Of a DNA stretch of 64,000 nt, positions 38,181 to 48,700 are shown piece after piece. The notes beneath the pieces were generated by a model that was not told where the DNA came from, did not search any database, and saw nothing but the letters and a program-made list of their open reading frames with translations. The translations under genes and the position numbers were made by a program. The stretch's first letter is position 1. Each line of letters opens with the position of its first letter. This DNA is from Candidatus Omnitrophota bacterium (lineage in GTDB: Bacteria > Omnitrophota > Gorgyraeia > Gygaellales > JAQTUX01): positions 205,639 to 269,638 of the forward strand of contig JAQTUX010000001.1 in NCBI GenBank assembly GCA_028707125.1, written 5' to 3'.

Positions 38181-39250
38181 AGAAACGCTGCCGCCGGTCC
38201 GGCCAGGTTTTAATGATAAGTTTATGGGTTTTGGCTATCCTGGTCATTTATAGCATCAGCGTCAGTTACAGGATGCTGGTTGAAGTGCGGCTGAGCCGTT
38301 ACTACAGGGATAAAACAAAGGCATATTATCTGGCGCGGGGGTATCTGCTGAAATTGATTGAAGATAAAAAAGAGCAGAATGCATTACTTGGCGGCCTGTA
38401 TTTTCCCTACGACGATCCTGCGCCCAAGCCGCCGGAAGTGATCAATGACAGCGATGGGAAAATGGCGGGGCAAGTAACACATTTGATTATTGATGAGCAC
38501 AGCAAGATCAATGTGAATAAACTTATAAATACTTCAGGCACGGTTAATACGGATCTATGGAATACACTTAAGGCCTTACTTGAAGATCGGGCGCCCGGAA
38601 TAAATGATAATGATGCGGAAGATTTAGTTAAAAATCTTGTGGACTGGATAGACAAAGATGAGGACGCGCGCACAGGAGCCAGCTCACTGGAGAAGGATCT
38701 TTATAAGGATTACACTCCGGAAAATAAAGAACTTTCAGATCCCTCTACGATACTGCTGGTTAACCGCTGGAATGAGGAAATATTTAATAGTATCATTGAT
38801 TTTATAACTATTTATTCTTCCAGCGAAAAGATAAATATTAATTCTTGTTCCAAGGAGGCGCTTGCCGCCGTACTTAAAGCGCATCAACCGCAAAATGTTA
38901 CAATTGATACTGATGGTATGGCTCATAAATTAATAGATTTCAGAGCCGGAGGTGACGGAAAAGTTGGAGAAGGCAATGATGATCAGTATTTTGGAAGCGA
39001 TCCATCGCCTCCATCAATACCAGAAGGCGCAATTTATTATATAAATAATATTCCGAATACATTGAATCTTTCTACGGATGCAAGTACGTTATTGTCTGGT
39101 TCGTCCGGTTTGTTTAGTAAGAATATTCTCGCTACCGGTTCCGATATCCTGCGTTTTGAGGTTGAGGCGGATGTGCGCGGGATAAAACAGAGGATAACCG
39201 CGATCGTTAATTTTTCAACCGGAAAAATTATTTATTGGCAGGAAGAATAG
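38177..39250 (+). CDS. Minor pseudopilin GspK-like
   Basis: An N-terminal hydrophobic segment followed by a large periplasmic domain of about 357 aa, positioned after the H/I/J-like genes. Confidence 0.45.
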   Translation: MKKRCRRSGQVLMISLWVLAILVIYSISVSYRMLVEVRLSRYYRDKTKAYYLARGYLLKLIEDKKEQNALLGGLYFPYDDPAPKPPEVINDSDGKMAGQVTHLIIDEHSKINVNKLINTSGTVNTDLWNTLKALLEDRAPGINDNDAEDLVKNLVDWIDKDEDARTGASSLEKDLYKDYTPENKELSDPSTILLVNRWNEEIFNSIIDFITIYSSSEKININSCSKEALAAVLKAHQPQNVTIDTDGMAHKLIDFRAGGDGKVGEGNDDQYFGSDPSPPSIPEGAIYYINNIPNTLNLSTDASTLLSGSSGLFSKNILATGSDILRFEVEADVRGIKQRITAIVNFSTGKIIYWQEE

Positions 39251-39268
39251 AGTGGTATAATCAGGACT

Positions 39269-40648
39269 ATGTTACCTTGCATTGAATTTTTCAATAATGG
39301 GCTTAAGTTCTGCGCGGCCGGCCAGGGCAAGGGCAAGCCGTCCATAGAGCATCTGGCTGTGTTTGATACCCCTGTTCAATTAAAGCCCTATCTGGAAAAG
39401 CACAATATTCCATTAAAGGAATACACCGTTCTTATCCCCACGCATCTTGCTTCAGTAAGGTTCTTGAAACTCCCTTCTCACAACCGCGCGGAGATCGCCG
39501 ATATGGTCAGGTGGCAGGCGGCAAAACAACTGCCTTATTCTCCCGAGGAGATCATTTATAGTTATCATGCCATAGGTACGCGGGAGGGAGGCTTTTCCGA
39601 TATCGTTCTTTTTCTCGCGCGCAGGGACACCGTGGCTAAATACCTTGAGGCGCTTGAGCCCATAGGCAGCCACCCGAGCGCGGTTTCCCTGTCCTGCGAG
39701 GGATTAAAATTACTTTATGATCTTCAGGCGGCAGGCGATGCCGCCGGCCGCCAGGACAACGTCGCCTTAATAGAGATCGCGCCTGATTTTACCTCCGTAT
39801 CTCTAACGCATAAGGGCTCCCTTGTGTTTGTGAGGGGCGTGCCAATGCCGGGGGCGGCGCATTCGGCGGATAAGGCGGTTTCGGAGATCACGCTTTCGCT
39901 TGACGCCTACCGCAGGCAGGCATTCGCGCGGCAGATCAACCGCCTGCTGATAAGCGGGCCGCGGAAATTGGCCGCCGCGGTTATAGACGCGCTTAAGCCG
40001 AATGTCTCGCTGCCGATAGCCAGGATCGACCATCAGGCGGGCCTGGATCTTTCTTCGGAGGCAGGCGCGCTTTTAGCAAAAGAGGAATATTCATTCGCGC
40101 CTTGTTTGGGCGCGGCATTGAAGGCGGAAGGCGTAGAGATCAATCTTCTGCCGCGGGAGATCATAGGAAAACTCTCGCATCATCGTTCCCGCAGACAGCT
40201 TATGAAGAGCGCTGCCCTGGCAGCGGTGGTGTTCGCTCTGGCCGGCTTGATATTCGCCAGGAAATTCTACGATAAAAATAATTTTCTCGCCTACCTTGAC
40301 AGGGAGCTGGGCACGCTCGGCGAAGATACCGTAAAGCTGGATGAAAAGGCCAGGCGCCTGGAATTGATAAATAAGCAGCTCAGCAAGGGCTCTTCAGCGC
40401 TGGACGCCATAAGCGCGCTTTATAAGGCAGTGCCTTCCGGCATTACCTTCAGCGGCGTGCTTTATGAGGCGGATAAGGCCGTAAACATCAAGGGCAACTG
40501 CCAGGATATGTCCCTGGCGCTTAAGTTAGTCAGCGCGCTTGAGGCGACCGAATATTTCGCGGGCGTGCAGGTCGGCTACGTTACCAAGAAAAAATCGTCT
40601 TCCGGGGAAGAGATCGATTTTGAGATAAACGCCCCGCTGGAGAAGTGA
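39269..40648 (+). CDS. GspL-like / fused PilM-PilN-like assembly protein
   Basis: Cytoplasmic actin-like domain, a single transmembrane helix (AALAAVVFALAGLIFA) and a periplasmic coiled-coil domain. Confidence 0.5.
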   Translation: MLPCIEFFNNGLKFCAAGQGKGKPSIEHLAVFDTPVQLKPYLEKHNIPLKEYTVLIPTHLASVRFLKLPSHNRAEIADMVRWQAAKQLPYSPEEIIYSYHAIGTREGGFSDIVLFLARRDTVAKYLEALEPIGSHPSAVSLSCEGLKLLYDLQAAGDAAGRQDNVALIEIAPDFTSVSLTHKGSLVFVRGVPMPGAAHSADKAVSEITLSLDAYRRQAFARQINRLLISGPRKLAAAVIDALKPNVSLPIARIDHQAGLDLSSEAGALLAKEEYSFAPCLGAALKAEGVEINLLPREIIGKLSHHRSRRQLMKSAALAAVVFALAGLIFARKFYDKNNFLAYLDRELGTLGEDTVKLDEKARRLELINKQLSKGSSALDAISALYKAVPSGITFSGVLYEADKAVNIKGNCQDMSLALKLVSALEATEYFAGVQVGYVTKKKSSSGEEIDFEINAPLEK

Positions 40649-41190
40649 TGAAAGCCGTATTCTTAAGTAATCTCTCAAAACGTGAAAGGCTGATACTGTT
40701 TTTGACTGTGTCGGTGTCCGCCCTGGCAGTTGTTTATGTGTCGGCGGTTGAGCCGCTATCGGCAAGGTTCAATAAGCTCAACAGCGAAATAACCCTTAAG
40801 AAGAGGAAGCTGGAAAAGATCTACCAGCTGCTTGGGCACAGGGAAAAGATCGAAGCGGAATATGAGAAACTTGTCAGGGCGGCCATAAAGGAGAACTCTG
40901 ATGAGGAGATAATCGCCTCCATATTAAACCAGATGGAAGCCATTGCCAGGGGCTCCGGAGTGCAGATAAACAATGTCAGGCCGGACAGGGTCAAAGAGGA
41001 AGCGGGGTATAAACGCCTGAGCATAGAAGTAAGCACGGAATCCAATACAGACGCGCTTTTTAAATTCATATATAACCTGGAGACATCCCCTGCCTTGCTT
41101 AAAATAGAACGCCTGCAGATATCTCCCTCCCGAAAACAGGACGGCCTGGTAGAGGCCACATTCAGCATCGTCAGGATCTCCTTCATCTAA
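40648..41190 (+). CDS. GspM / PilO-like assembly protein
   Basis: N-terminal transmembrane helix, a coiled coil and a C-terminal ferredoxin-like region. Positional inference. Confidence 0.4.
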   Translation: MKAVFLSNLSKRERLILFLTVSVSALAVVYVSAVEPLSARFNKLNSEITLKKRKLEKIYQLLGHREKIEAEYEKLVRAAIKENSDEEIIASILNQMEAIARGSGVQINNVRPDRVKEEAGYKRLSIEVSTESNTDALFKFIYNLETSPALLKIERLQISPSRKQDGLVEATFSIVRISFI

Positions 41191-41245
41191 CGAAACCCAC
41201 AAATAAGGCATATTCTTACTTATATTGATATCGCTGTCTAAGTAG

Positions 41246-41302
41246 AGAGTAGATAGTGCTTGACAAATATGTAAAGAAGCGCTATCACTATCTACATGGA
41301 GA
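41246..41302. promoter_or_regulatory. Candidate MerR-type operator/promoter: 10-bp inverted repeat bracketing a TTGACA box
   Basis: GTAGATAGTG-cTTGACAaatatgtaaagaagcgctat-CACTATCTAC. It lies immediately upstream of the MerR-like small gene. Confidence 0.3.
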
Positions 41303-41313
41303 GTTGAGCAAAA

Positions 41314-41535
41314 ATGAGCGATAATATCTTTCTTATCAAGGACTTAAGCCAGCTGAGCGGACATTCTGTCTATACGCTCAAGTATTATCTTCGTTTAGGG
41401 CTGATAAAGGAATCCGGCAGGAGCCCTGAGACGGGTTTCAGGTATTTTAATCAGGATAACCTGGAGGCGTTAAAGAGGATCAGGGAACTGCAGGTCCAGG
41501 GCAGGACGCTGAAAGAAATAAAGGCGTTATTATGA
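41314..41535 (+). CDS. MerR-family HTH DNA-binding protein (73 aa, no effector domain)
   Basis: IKDLSQLSGHSVYTLKYYLRLGLI matches the MerR HTH. Confidence 0.5.
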   Translation: MSDNIFLIKDLSQLSGHSVYTLKYYLRLGLIKESGRSPETGFRYFNQDNLEALKRIRELQVQGRTLKEIKALL

Positions 41536-42347
41536 GCTACTACACGATATTCGGTTTGGAAAAAGAGCCGTTCTCTACCAGCCCCGATCCTCACTTTTTT
41601 TATTTATCCCAGGCGCACAATACGGCATTGAAAAGGGCGGAGATCAATATACGCCTGCGGCGCGGTTTAAGTTTGATACTCGGCGACGTGGGCACAGGCA
41701 AGACCACGCTTTCCCGGATGCTGCTGCAGACATTTGAGGGGGATGAAGATTTTGAATTCTATATGATACTGGACCCCGATTATAAATCAGAGTATCAATT
41801 CCTTGTCAACCTCGCCAAGATGTTCAAGCTCGACCCCCTGTTAAAATCAACCCTTGATTATAAAGAGGCGATAGAAAAATACCTTTTCCACAAAGGCGTG
41901 GACGAAAATAAGGTGATCGTGCTTTTGATCGACGAGGGCCAGAAGCTTAATCCCAATCAGTTAGAGACGCTGCGCACGCTGCTCAATTATGAGACCAACG
42001 AATATAAGCTGCTGCAGCTGGTGATACTGGCGCAGGTGGAGCTGCTGCCGCGCGTGAGAAAGATACGCAACTTTATGGACAGGGTGTCGTTAAAATATAT
42101 TATAAACCCCCTGGATATGCAGGAGACAAAGCAGATGATAAATTTCCGCCTGAGCCAGGCAGGCAGGAACGGAAGAGGGGGGCTTTTTGACGAAGGCGCC
42201 TGCGGGCTCATCTATCAATATACTCAAGGATACCCCCGTAAGATCGCCCTGCTCTGCCACAACGCGATGGAGCTGGCGGTAATGCGCGATAAGGACAGCG
42301 TTGATAAAGAGATCGTGGAAGAGGTGATAAGGAACGACGTTAGATGA
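41532..42347 (+). CDS. ExeA/GspA-like AAA ATPase
   Basis: The N-terminus FGLEKEPFSTSPDPHFFYLSQAHNTAL followed by the Walker A GDVGTGKTTL is the ExeA-family pattern. Confidence 0.6.
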   Translation: MSYYTIFGLEKEPFSTSPDPHFFYLSQAHNTALKRAEINIRLRRGLSLILGDVGTGKTTLSRMLLQTFEGDEDFEFYMILDPDYKSEYQFLVNLAKMFKLDPLLKSTLDYKEAIEKYLFHKGVDENKVIVLLIDEGQKLNPNQLETLRTLLNYETNEYKLLQLVILAQVELLPRVRKIRNFMDRVSLKYIINPLDMQETKQMINFRLSQAGRNGRGGLFDEGACGLIYQYTQGYPRKIALLCHNAMELAVMRDKDSVDKEIVEEVIRNDVR

Positions 42348-42964
42348 ACAATCCGGGAGACGTTTCGCCCGAGGAGAAACTCCTTCGGCTTATAAAGAAC
42401 AAACCGGGGAAGAGAAAGGATGAGGCAGCGCCCGCGGCGGTTGATTTGAGCGCCCCTGCCGCGGCGGGAAAGATAAATTTTCAGGCGCTGGCAGGGTTTG
42501 ACCCGAAAATTATAAACAATGTCCTGACGGCGCTGGCGCTGATTTTTCTGGCGTACCTGCTGGCGGACTTCCTGTTTTTGTCGCCTTCTTTTCGCAATGA
42601 GCTGCAGCGTATCAAGAATGCGGCCCCCGGGGAAGAGCCGGATATAATTGAGGCGATCAGCCCCATGCCTTATTCATATTATTCCGAGCAGGTCAAAGGC
42701 AAAAACCTGTTCAGGTCAACGGCGAGAAGGGAGAGCCAGGCGGGCGGCGCCCCCAAAAAGGAATTAAGGGAGTTGATAAAAGACCTGGCGTTGATAGGCA
42801 TAATCGCCGATGAAGAGCCGCAGGCGATAATAGAAGACAGGGCGACCAGGCAGAGTTATTTCCTCAAAAAGGGAGAGGGCGTCAACGGATTGGAAGTGGC
42901 GGAAATAAAAGAAAATAAAGTCGTATTTGAATATCAGGGAGAGAGAGTTGACCTTTACTTATAG
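42344..42964 (+). CDS. GspC/PilP-like (or ExeB-like) secretin-interacting protein
   Basis: A single transmembrane helix and a C-terminal beta-rich segment (GIIADEEPQAIIEDRATRQSYFLKKGEGVNGLEVAEIKENKVVFEYQGERVDL) like HR/PilP domains. Confidence 0.35.
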   Translation: MNNPGDVSPEEKLLRLIKNKPGKRKDEAAPAAVDLSAPAAAGKINFQALAGFDPKIINNVLTALALIFLAYLLADFLFLSPSFRNELQRIKNAAPGEEPDIIEAISPMPYSYYSEQVKGKNLFRSTARRESQAGGAPKKELRELIKDLALIGIIADEEPQAIIEDRATRQSYFLKKGEGVNGLEVAEIKENKVVFEYQGERVDLYL

Positions 42965-42975
42965 GGGGGGCAGAG

Positions 42976-44970
42976 ATGTTTAAGTTAAAGACCGCCTTTT
43001 TTCTTATGGGATTGTTGAGTTGCCTGTTTTCTCCGGCGATCGCGCGGGAAGAAGGGCTTCCTCCGGAAGAACAACCGGTTATTGACGAGCGTTTCCTGGA
43101 GGAGATGCCTCCTGAGGAATGGATGAAACAGCCGGAACCGGAAGAGGGGATGTTACCTGAGACAGAGCCGCTGTTCTCTCCGCCCTCCGCCTCGCCTCAA
43201 GTTCCTGAGGACGGCCGGCAGGAGGGCAAGATATCCCTTGATATAAAGGGCATGAATATCCTTGATGTGCTTAAATTGATCTCCCAGCGTTCAGGGATGA
43301 ATATCGTGGCAGGCCGCAATGTGTCGGGCCGCGTTACGATGTTCATCAGGGATGTTGAGCCGATAGACGCGCTGGAGGTGATCCTGGCGGCAAACGGGCT
43401 TGCCTACGAGAAGAAGGGCGGCATCATCAATATCATGTCAGCGCGGGATTACGAGCTTGCCCACGGAGACAAGTTTGATGATAAAAAGGAGTTTACCACG
43501 ATCAAATTACAATATGCCCAGGCAGCCACCCTGAGCAAGGCCTTGACCACGGTAAAAAGCGCCCTGGGCAAGGTGGTTGTGGATGAAAGCAGCAATACCC
43601 TGATAATCCTGGATATGCCGGAAAAGATAAAGCAGATGAAACAGATAATAAAAGACGCGGACAAGCCGATAGTCACAAAGGTATTTAACCTGCAGTACGG
43701 AACAGCTGAAGACATGAAGGCCGCATTACAGGAAAAGGTGACAAAGAATATCGGCACGCTGACCATTGACGCGCGCACGAACAAGCTGGCGATCAGGGAT
43801 TATCCGGAGAAGATAAATGAACTGACGGAAGTCATCCAGCAGTTTGACGAGAAGCCAAAACAGGTTCTCATCGAGGCAAGAATCATAAAGATTGACTTAG
43901 ACGATGAATTCAAGTTCGGTATTGATTGGGACTACTGGTTGGAAAAGTATTTCAGGGTTACTCAGTCATTTAAGCCAACCGCTAGCAAGGGTACCGCCAC
44001 GGTATTTACTTTCGGGCCAAGTACAATCAATGCAAAAGAAGAATATCGGGGAATAATGAATATGATAAGTTATTTTGGTAAGACAGAGACCCTATCCACT
44101 CCCCGCATAATAGTGCTGAATAATCAAGAGGCAAAAGTTTTACTCGGTAATAAAGAATCATATATTGAGAGCACCACGTCGCAGTCAGGCACTGGTACGC
44201 AGGTAACGGCACAGGAAATTAAATTTATAGAAGGCGGAGTTAAATTGTCTGTAACTCCAACCATAAATGACGAGGGTTATATTACGATGAAGATAAAACC
44301 CGAAGTAAGCACAGCAGGACTTACGCCCATTACTGTCAGCGGTCAAACTACGCAGGTGCCCACGTTTAATACCTCAGAAGCGGAGAGTACGGTAATGGTG
44401 AAAGACGGCGCTACCATACTTATCGCGGGTTTGATTAAAAACGTAGATACGAAGAGCCGTAATAAAATTCCTCTTATGGGAGATGTCCCGCTTATTGGAA
44501 ACTTGTTCAGGCAGAACAACAATCTGGTGCAGAAGAATGAACTGGTTATTTTCCTCACGCCGACAATTGTAAGCGGTAGTAAGGTTGTTGAGTATAAAGG
44601 GGAAGCTGAAACACCGAGATTAGAAGATATGCAGAGAGACGCGGCTGATGATCCGATGATCAAAAAGGCGGCGCTGCCCTCGGAGGGCTTCAGGAATTTC
44701 CTGGAATATTCCGATTTTGTCTCAAGAAAGATAAGCCAGACAGCGAAGGAGAACGCGGGCCAGACCTCGGAGTCGGGCAGGGTCACGGTTTCTTTTATAT
44801 TGCTGTCCACCGGAGAGATCCAGGATAAGCCGCGGGTCGTATCGTCTACGAATGAGCTGTTGAACAACCTTGCTCTTAAGAACGTAATGGAGTCGGCGCC
44901 TTTTCCGCCGTTTTACAGGCTTTCTGAGAAAAATATGGAGCGGTTCAGGATAGCGATATCGTATAATTAA
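42976..44970 (+). CDS. gspD: Secretin (GspD/PilQ family)
   Basis: Signal peptide, secretin N domains (RDVEPIDALEVILAANGLAYEKKGGIINI) and the C-terminal secretin domain (LSTPRIIVLNNQEAKV...IPLMGDVPLIGNLFRQNNNLVQKNELVIFLTPTIV). Confidence 0.85.
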   Translation: MFKLKTAFFLMGLLSCLFSPAIAREEGLPPEEQPVIDERFLEEMPPEEWMKQPEPEEGMLPETEPLFSPPSASPQVPEDGRQEGKISLDIKGMNILDVLKLISQRSGMNIVAGRNVSGRVTMFIRDVEPIDALEVILAANGLAYEKKGGIINIMSARDYELAHGDKFDDKKEFTTIKLQYAQAATLSKALTTVKSALGKVVVDESSNTLIILDMPEKIKQMKQIIKDADKPIVTKVFNLQYGTAEDMKAALQEKVTKNIGTLTIDARTNKLAIRDYPEKINELTEVIQQFDEKPKQVLIEARIIKIDLDDEFKFGIDWDYWLEKYFRVTQSFKPTASKGTATVFTFGPSTINAKEEYRGIMNMISYFGKTETLSTPRIIVLNNQEAKVLLGNKESYIESTTSQSGTGTQVTAQEIKFIEGGVKLSVTPTINDEGYITMKIKPEVSTAGLTPITVSGQTTQVPTFNTSEAESTVMVKDGATILIAGLIKNVDTKSRNKIPLMGDVPLIGNLFRQNNNLVQKNELVIFLTPTIVSGSKVVEYKGEAETPRLEDMQRDAADDPMIKKAALPSEGFRNFLEYSDFVSRKISQTAKENAGQTSESGRVTVSFILLSTGEIQDKPRVVSSTNELLNNLALKNVMESAPFPPFYRLSEKNMERFRIAISYN

Positions 44971-45100
44971 ATGACAAATGACGAGTAAATTTCCAATGAC
45001 CAATTACCAATGTCAAATAAATTCCCAATTACCCAATGTCCAATTGGGAATTGTTAATTGGTCATTTATTGGGATTTGGTCATTGGCGAATTGGGAATTG
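44971..45100. repeat. Palindromic intergenic repeat element, copy 3
   Basis: atgacaaatgacgag...ccaatgaccaattaccaatgtc...cccaattacccaatgtccaattgggaattg...ttggtcatttattgggatttggtcattgg. It is built from the same words and has internally reverse-complementary arms. Confidence 0.55.
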
Positions 45101-45102
45101 AC

Positions 45103-45729
45103 ATGCTGAGAACTATCAGAGTAGTGTATGAGGACGCTCATCTATTGGTCGTGGAAAAGCCGGCGGGGATGCTGACTGTGGCAACGGTCAAGAATGAACG
45201 CGGGACGCTGGTCAATATTTTAAGGGACGAGGGCTACAGGGTGTATCCCTGCCACCGGCTGGACAGGGATACTTCGGGCTTGATCATGTTCGCCAAAGAC
45301 AAAAATACGCTGGATAAGATGCGGCAGCAGTTCCGGGAGCACAACGTGAGAAAGGCCTACAAGGCAATAGTGCAGGGCTCCCTGCAGAGAAAAGGCGGCA
45401 CGATAAGTTACGATATCATTGAAAAGGGCGTAAAAAAACCCGCCCGCACCGACTATGTGGTGCTTGAATCCAATCCCTTGTTCACGCTGGCAGAGGTGCG
45501 CCCCTTGACAGGCAGGACAAATCAGATAAGGATACACTTCAAACAGATAGGCCATCCGCTGGTAGGCGAGAGAAAATTTTTTCTGGCAAAGAGATCCGGA
45601 GTTAAATTCAGGAGGGCCGCCTTGCATGCCGAACGCCTGGATTTCAGGCATCCTTACACCGGAGAAAAGATACGGCTGAGAAGCGCGCTGCCTAAAGACA
45701 TGGAAAACTTCTTGAGAGGAACAAAATGA
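45103..45729 (+). CDS. RluA-family pseudouridine synthase
   Basis: HRLDRDTSGLIMFAK catalytic-Asp motif. The start is taken at the ATG at 45103, downstream of the repeat. Confidence 0.8.
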   Translation: MLRTIRVVYEDAHLLVVEKPAGMLTVATVKNERGTLVNILRDEGYRVYPCHRLDRDTSGLIMFAKDKNTLDKMRQQFREHNVRKAYKAIVQGSLQRKGGTISYDIIEKGVKKPARTDYVVLESNPLFTLAEVRPLTGRTNQIRIHFKQIGHPLVGERKFFLAKRSGVKFRRAALHAERLDFRHPYTGEKIRLRSALPKDMENFLRGTK

Positions 45730-48700
45730 AAAAGACAAACCAATGTAAATACTACCTGAATAACAGCGATGAATTCGTGATCGAAAATTATAATCAGGCG
45801 CGGCCGTTTTCCTCGTTCTTTCCCGGGATCGCGGGGCTCTTCGGCATACCTATGTGGGTGTTTTACGCCAACCGCGGCCAGTGCATTTCCAGCTTCGGCG
45901 TGCGGGACAAGGACAACCCCATACTTGAATTTTATCCCGCGAACAAGGCCTACCAGCATACGGGCCGGCTGGGCTTCCGCACATTTATAAAGATAAAGAA
46001 AAACGGCAAAGAGGCCTTCTACGAGCCGTTCCAGCGGGCATCCGGCAACCGCATGCGCGTACGCCCTTACGAATTGTCGCTGGAAGAGTCCGATCCCGCG
46101 TCGGGCCTGCGCGTCAAGGTGGAATATTTTACCTTGCCCAACGAAAATTTCGCGGCGCTGGCAAGGATGGTTGAGATAACCAACGAGTCATCCAGGGTAA
46201 TTCCCATCCAGGTATTGGACGGCCTGCCGCAGGTCATCCCCTTCGGCATAAATAATTTTTTCCTGAAGGAAATGCACCGCACCATAGAGTCATGGATGAG
46301 GGTGGAGAACCTGGAGAATAACGCCGCGTTCCTGCGGCTGGCGGTTGACCCGCGCGACAGGTCTGAAGTCGTGCATCTTGAGGAGGGCAATTTCTTCTTA
46401 GGGTTTTCCGACGAGGGAGGGCTGCTCGCCCCCATAGTTGACCCCAGGGCGGTATTCGGCCAACAAGGCGACTTTTCTTCCCCCCGGATTTATCTTCAAG
46501 GGGATTTCAGGCATCCGGCGTTTCAGCTGACGCAGAGCATAACGCCCTGCGCCTTCGTATTCAAGAAGGCCGCGCTTGCAGCCGGCAAGGGCATCAGGTT
46601 GTATTCGCTGTTCGGCCATATGAGGAATATTGAAATACTGCGGCAGAAGGCGGGGGCCATCAGCCGCGGCAGTTATTTCAAGCGCAAACGGGAAGAGAAC
46701 AAATCCCTGATCGAGTCGCTGGAGGCGAATTGTTTTACCGCCAGCAGCGATAAGGCGTTTGACCTTTATTGCCGGCAGACGTTCCTGGACAACTGCCTGA
46801 GGGGCGGCTTCCCCCACAGTTTTGAATATGACGGCAATTCAACTATCTATGTCTATTCCCGCAAACACGGAGACCCTGAGCGCGACTATAACAGGTTCGC
46901 GCTTAACCCCACGTACCTGTCCGAAGGCAACGGTAATTTCCGCGACGTAAACCAGAACAGGAGAAGCGACTGCCTGTTCAATCCCCGCCTGGGCGACCTG
47001 AATCTTAAGACGTTTTTTAACCTGCAGCAGTTAGACGGCTATAACCCGCTGGTGATAAAAGAGAACATCTTTATCCTGGCCGAAGCAAAGAAGTCCGAAG
47101 AGGCATTGAAGAGGTTCTTTAAGGAGGGCGATATCGGCTGTGTCCTGCCGCTTCTGGAGGGGCAGTTTAACATAGGAAAATTTTTAACGCAGATTGACGA
47201 CAAGGGTATCAGGATAAAGGGCGCGCCGGAGGCGTTGATCCATTTTCTCTTCCTTAATTCATCAAGGGTCCAGGATGCCGAGTTCGGCGAGGGATACTGG
47301 TCGGACCATTGGCAGTATAATATTGACCTGCTGGAGAACTACCTCTCCGTCTTTCCCGAGCGGCTCAAATATATACTGCTTGAAGACAGGGGTTTCAGCT
47401 TTTACGACACCGCCGAGAGCGTCCAGCCGCGCGGCGCCAGATACGTTGTTAAGGACGGTAAGGTAAGGCAGTTCCACTGCCTGGCCAGGCACGGCGATAA
47501 GAAAAAGATGCTCGCGGAGCGCCAGGCAGAGCCGCATAAAGTTAGGGTTGATTTTGGCCGGGGCGAGGTCTACCATACCACTCTTTTAGTAAAACTCTTA
47601 ACGCTTATCCTGAATAAACTCGCCACGCTGGATCCTTTCGGCGTAGGCATAGAGATGGAGGCGGATAAACCCAACTGGTTTGACGCGTTGAACGGCCTGC
47701 CTGCCCTGCTTGGTTCATCCTCCTGCGAGACATTTGAGTTAAAGCGGCTGATCGTTCTTTTATCCGGCCTGCTGAAAGGCCTGCCGCGAGATACGATAGC
47801 AGGGATCCCCGAAGAATTGAAGTCGTTTATGGATGACCTGACGGCCGCGATAGAGAGCTATCTGAACTCCGGCGTAAAAACAAGGGATTTTGACTATTGG
47901 GACAGAAGCAACGGTATTAAGGAAGCATTCAGGAAGAGGACGTTCTTTGGCGTAAGCGGTAAGGAAGTTGAGGTGGGGATAAAAGAGGTGGCCTCTTTTC
48001 TGGAGAGCGCGTCCAGGCGGATAGGATCATCGCTGAGCAGGGGGTTCGACAAGAAGAGAGGCGTATTTTTCAGTTATTTTATCAATGAGGTAAGCCGATA
48101 TAAGATCGAGGGAACAGCTGTCAAGCCGCTGGAATTTAAACAGAGCGCCTTGCCGCTTTTCCTGGAGGCAAACGTCCACGCCCTCAAGGTGTGCGCGGAT
48201 AGAGGCAAGGCAGAGGCGTTGTACCGCAATATAAAAAAGAGCCCGCTTTACGACAGGAAGCTGAAAATGTATAAGGTCTGCGCTTCTTTGAAAGGACAGC
48301 CGGAAGAATTAGGCAGGTGCGTGATCTTTACGCCCGGATGGCTGGAGAACGAATCGATCTGGCTGCATATGGAATACAAATATCTTCTGGAGCTGCTTAA
48401 GGCAGGGCTGTATGAGGAATATTTCCGCGAATTACATAATACGCTGGTTTGTTTTCAGAGGCCGGAGGTTTATTCAAGGAGCATCCTTGAGAATTCTTCA
48501 TTCATTGTATCCAGCGCCTTTCCCGACCAGTCAATGCACGGGGCGGGGTTTGTGGCGCGGCTGTCCGGCTCAACCGCGGAACTCATTAATATATGGCTGG
48601 TCATGTGCGCGGGCAAGGCGCCGTTTTTCCTGGGCAAGGATGGGAAGCTGTCCCTTAGATTCGAGCCGGCGCTTGAGGGCGGATTCTTCTTGGACAGGGC

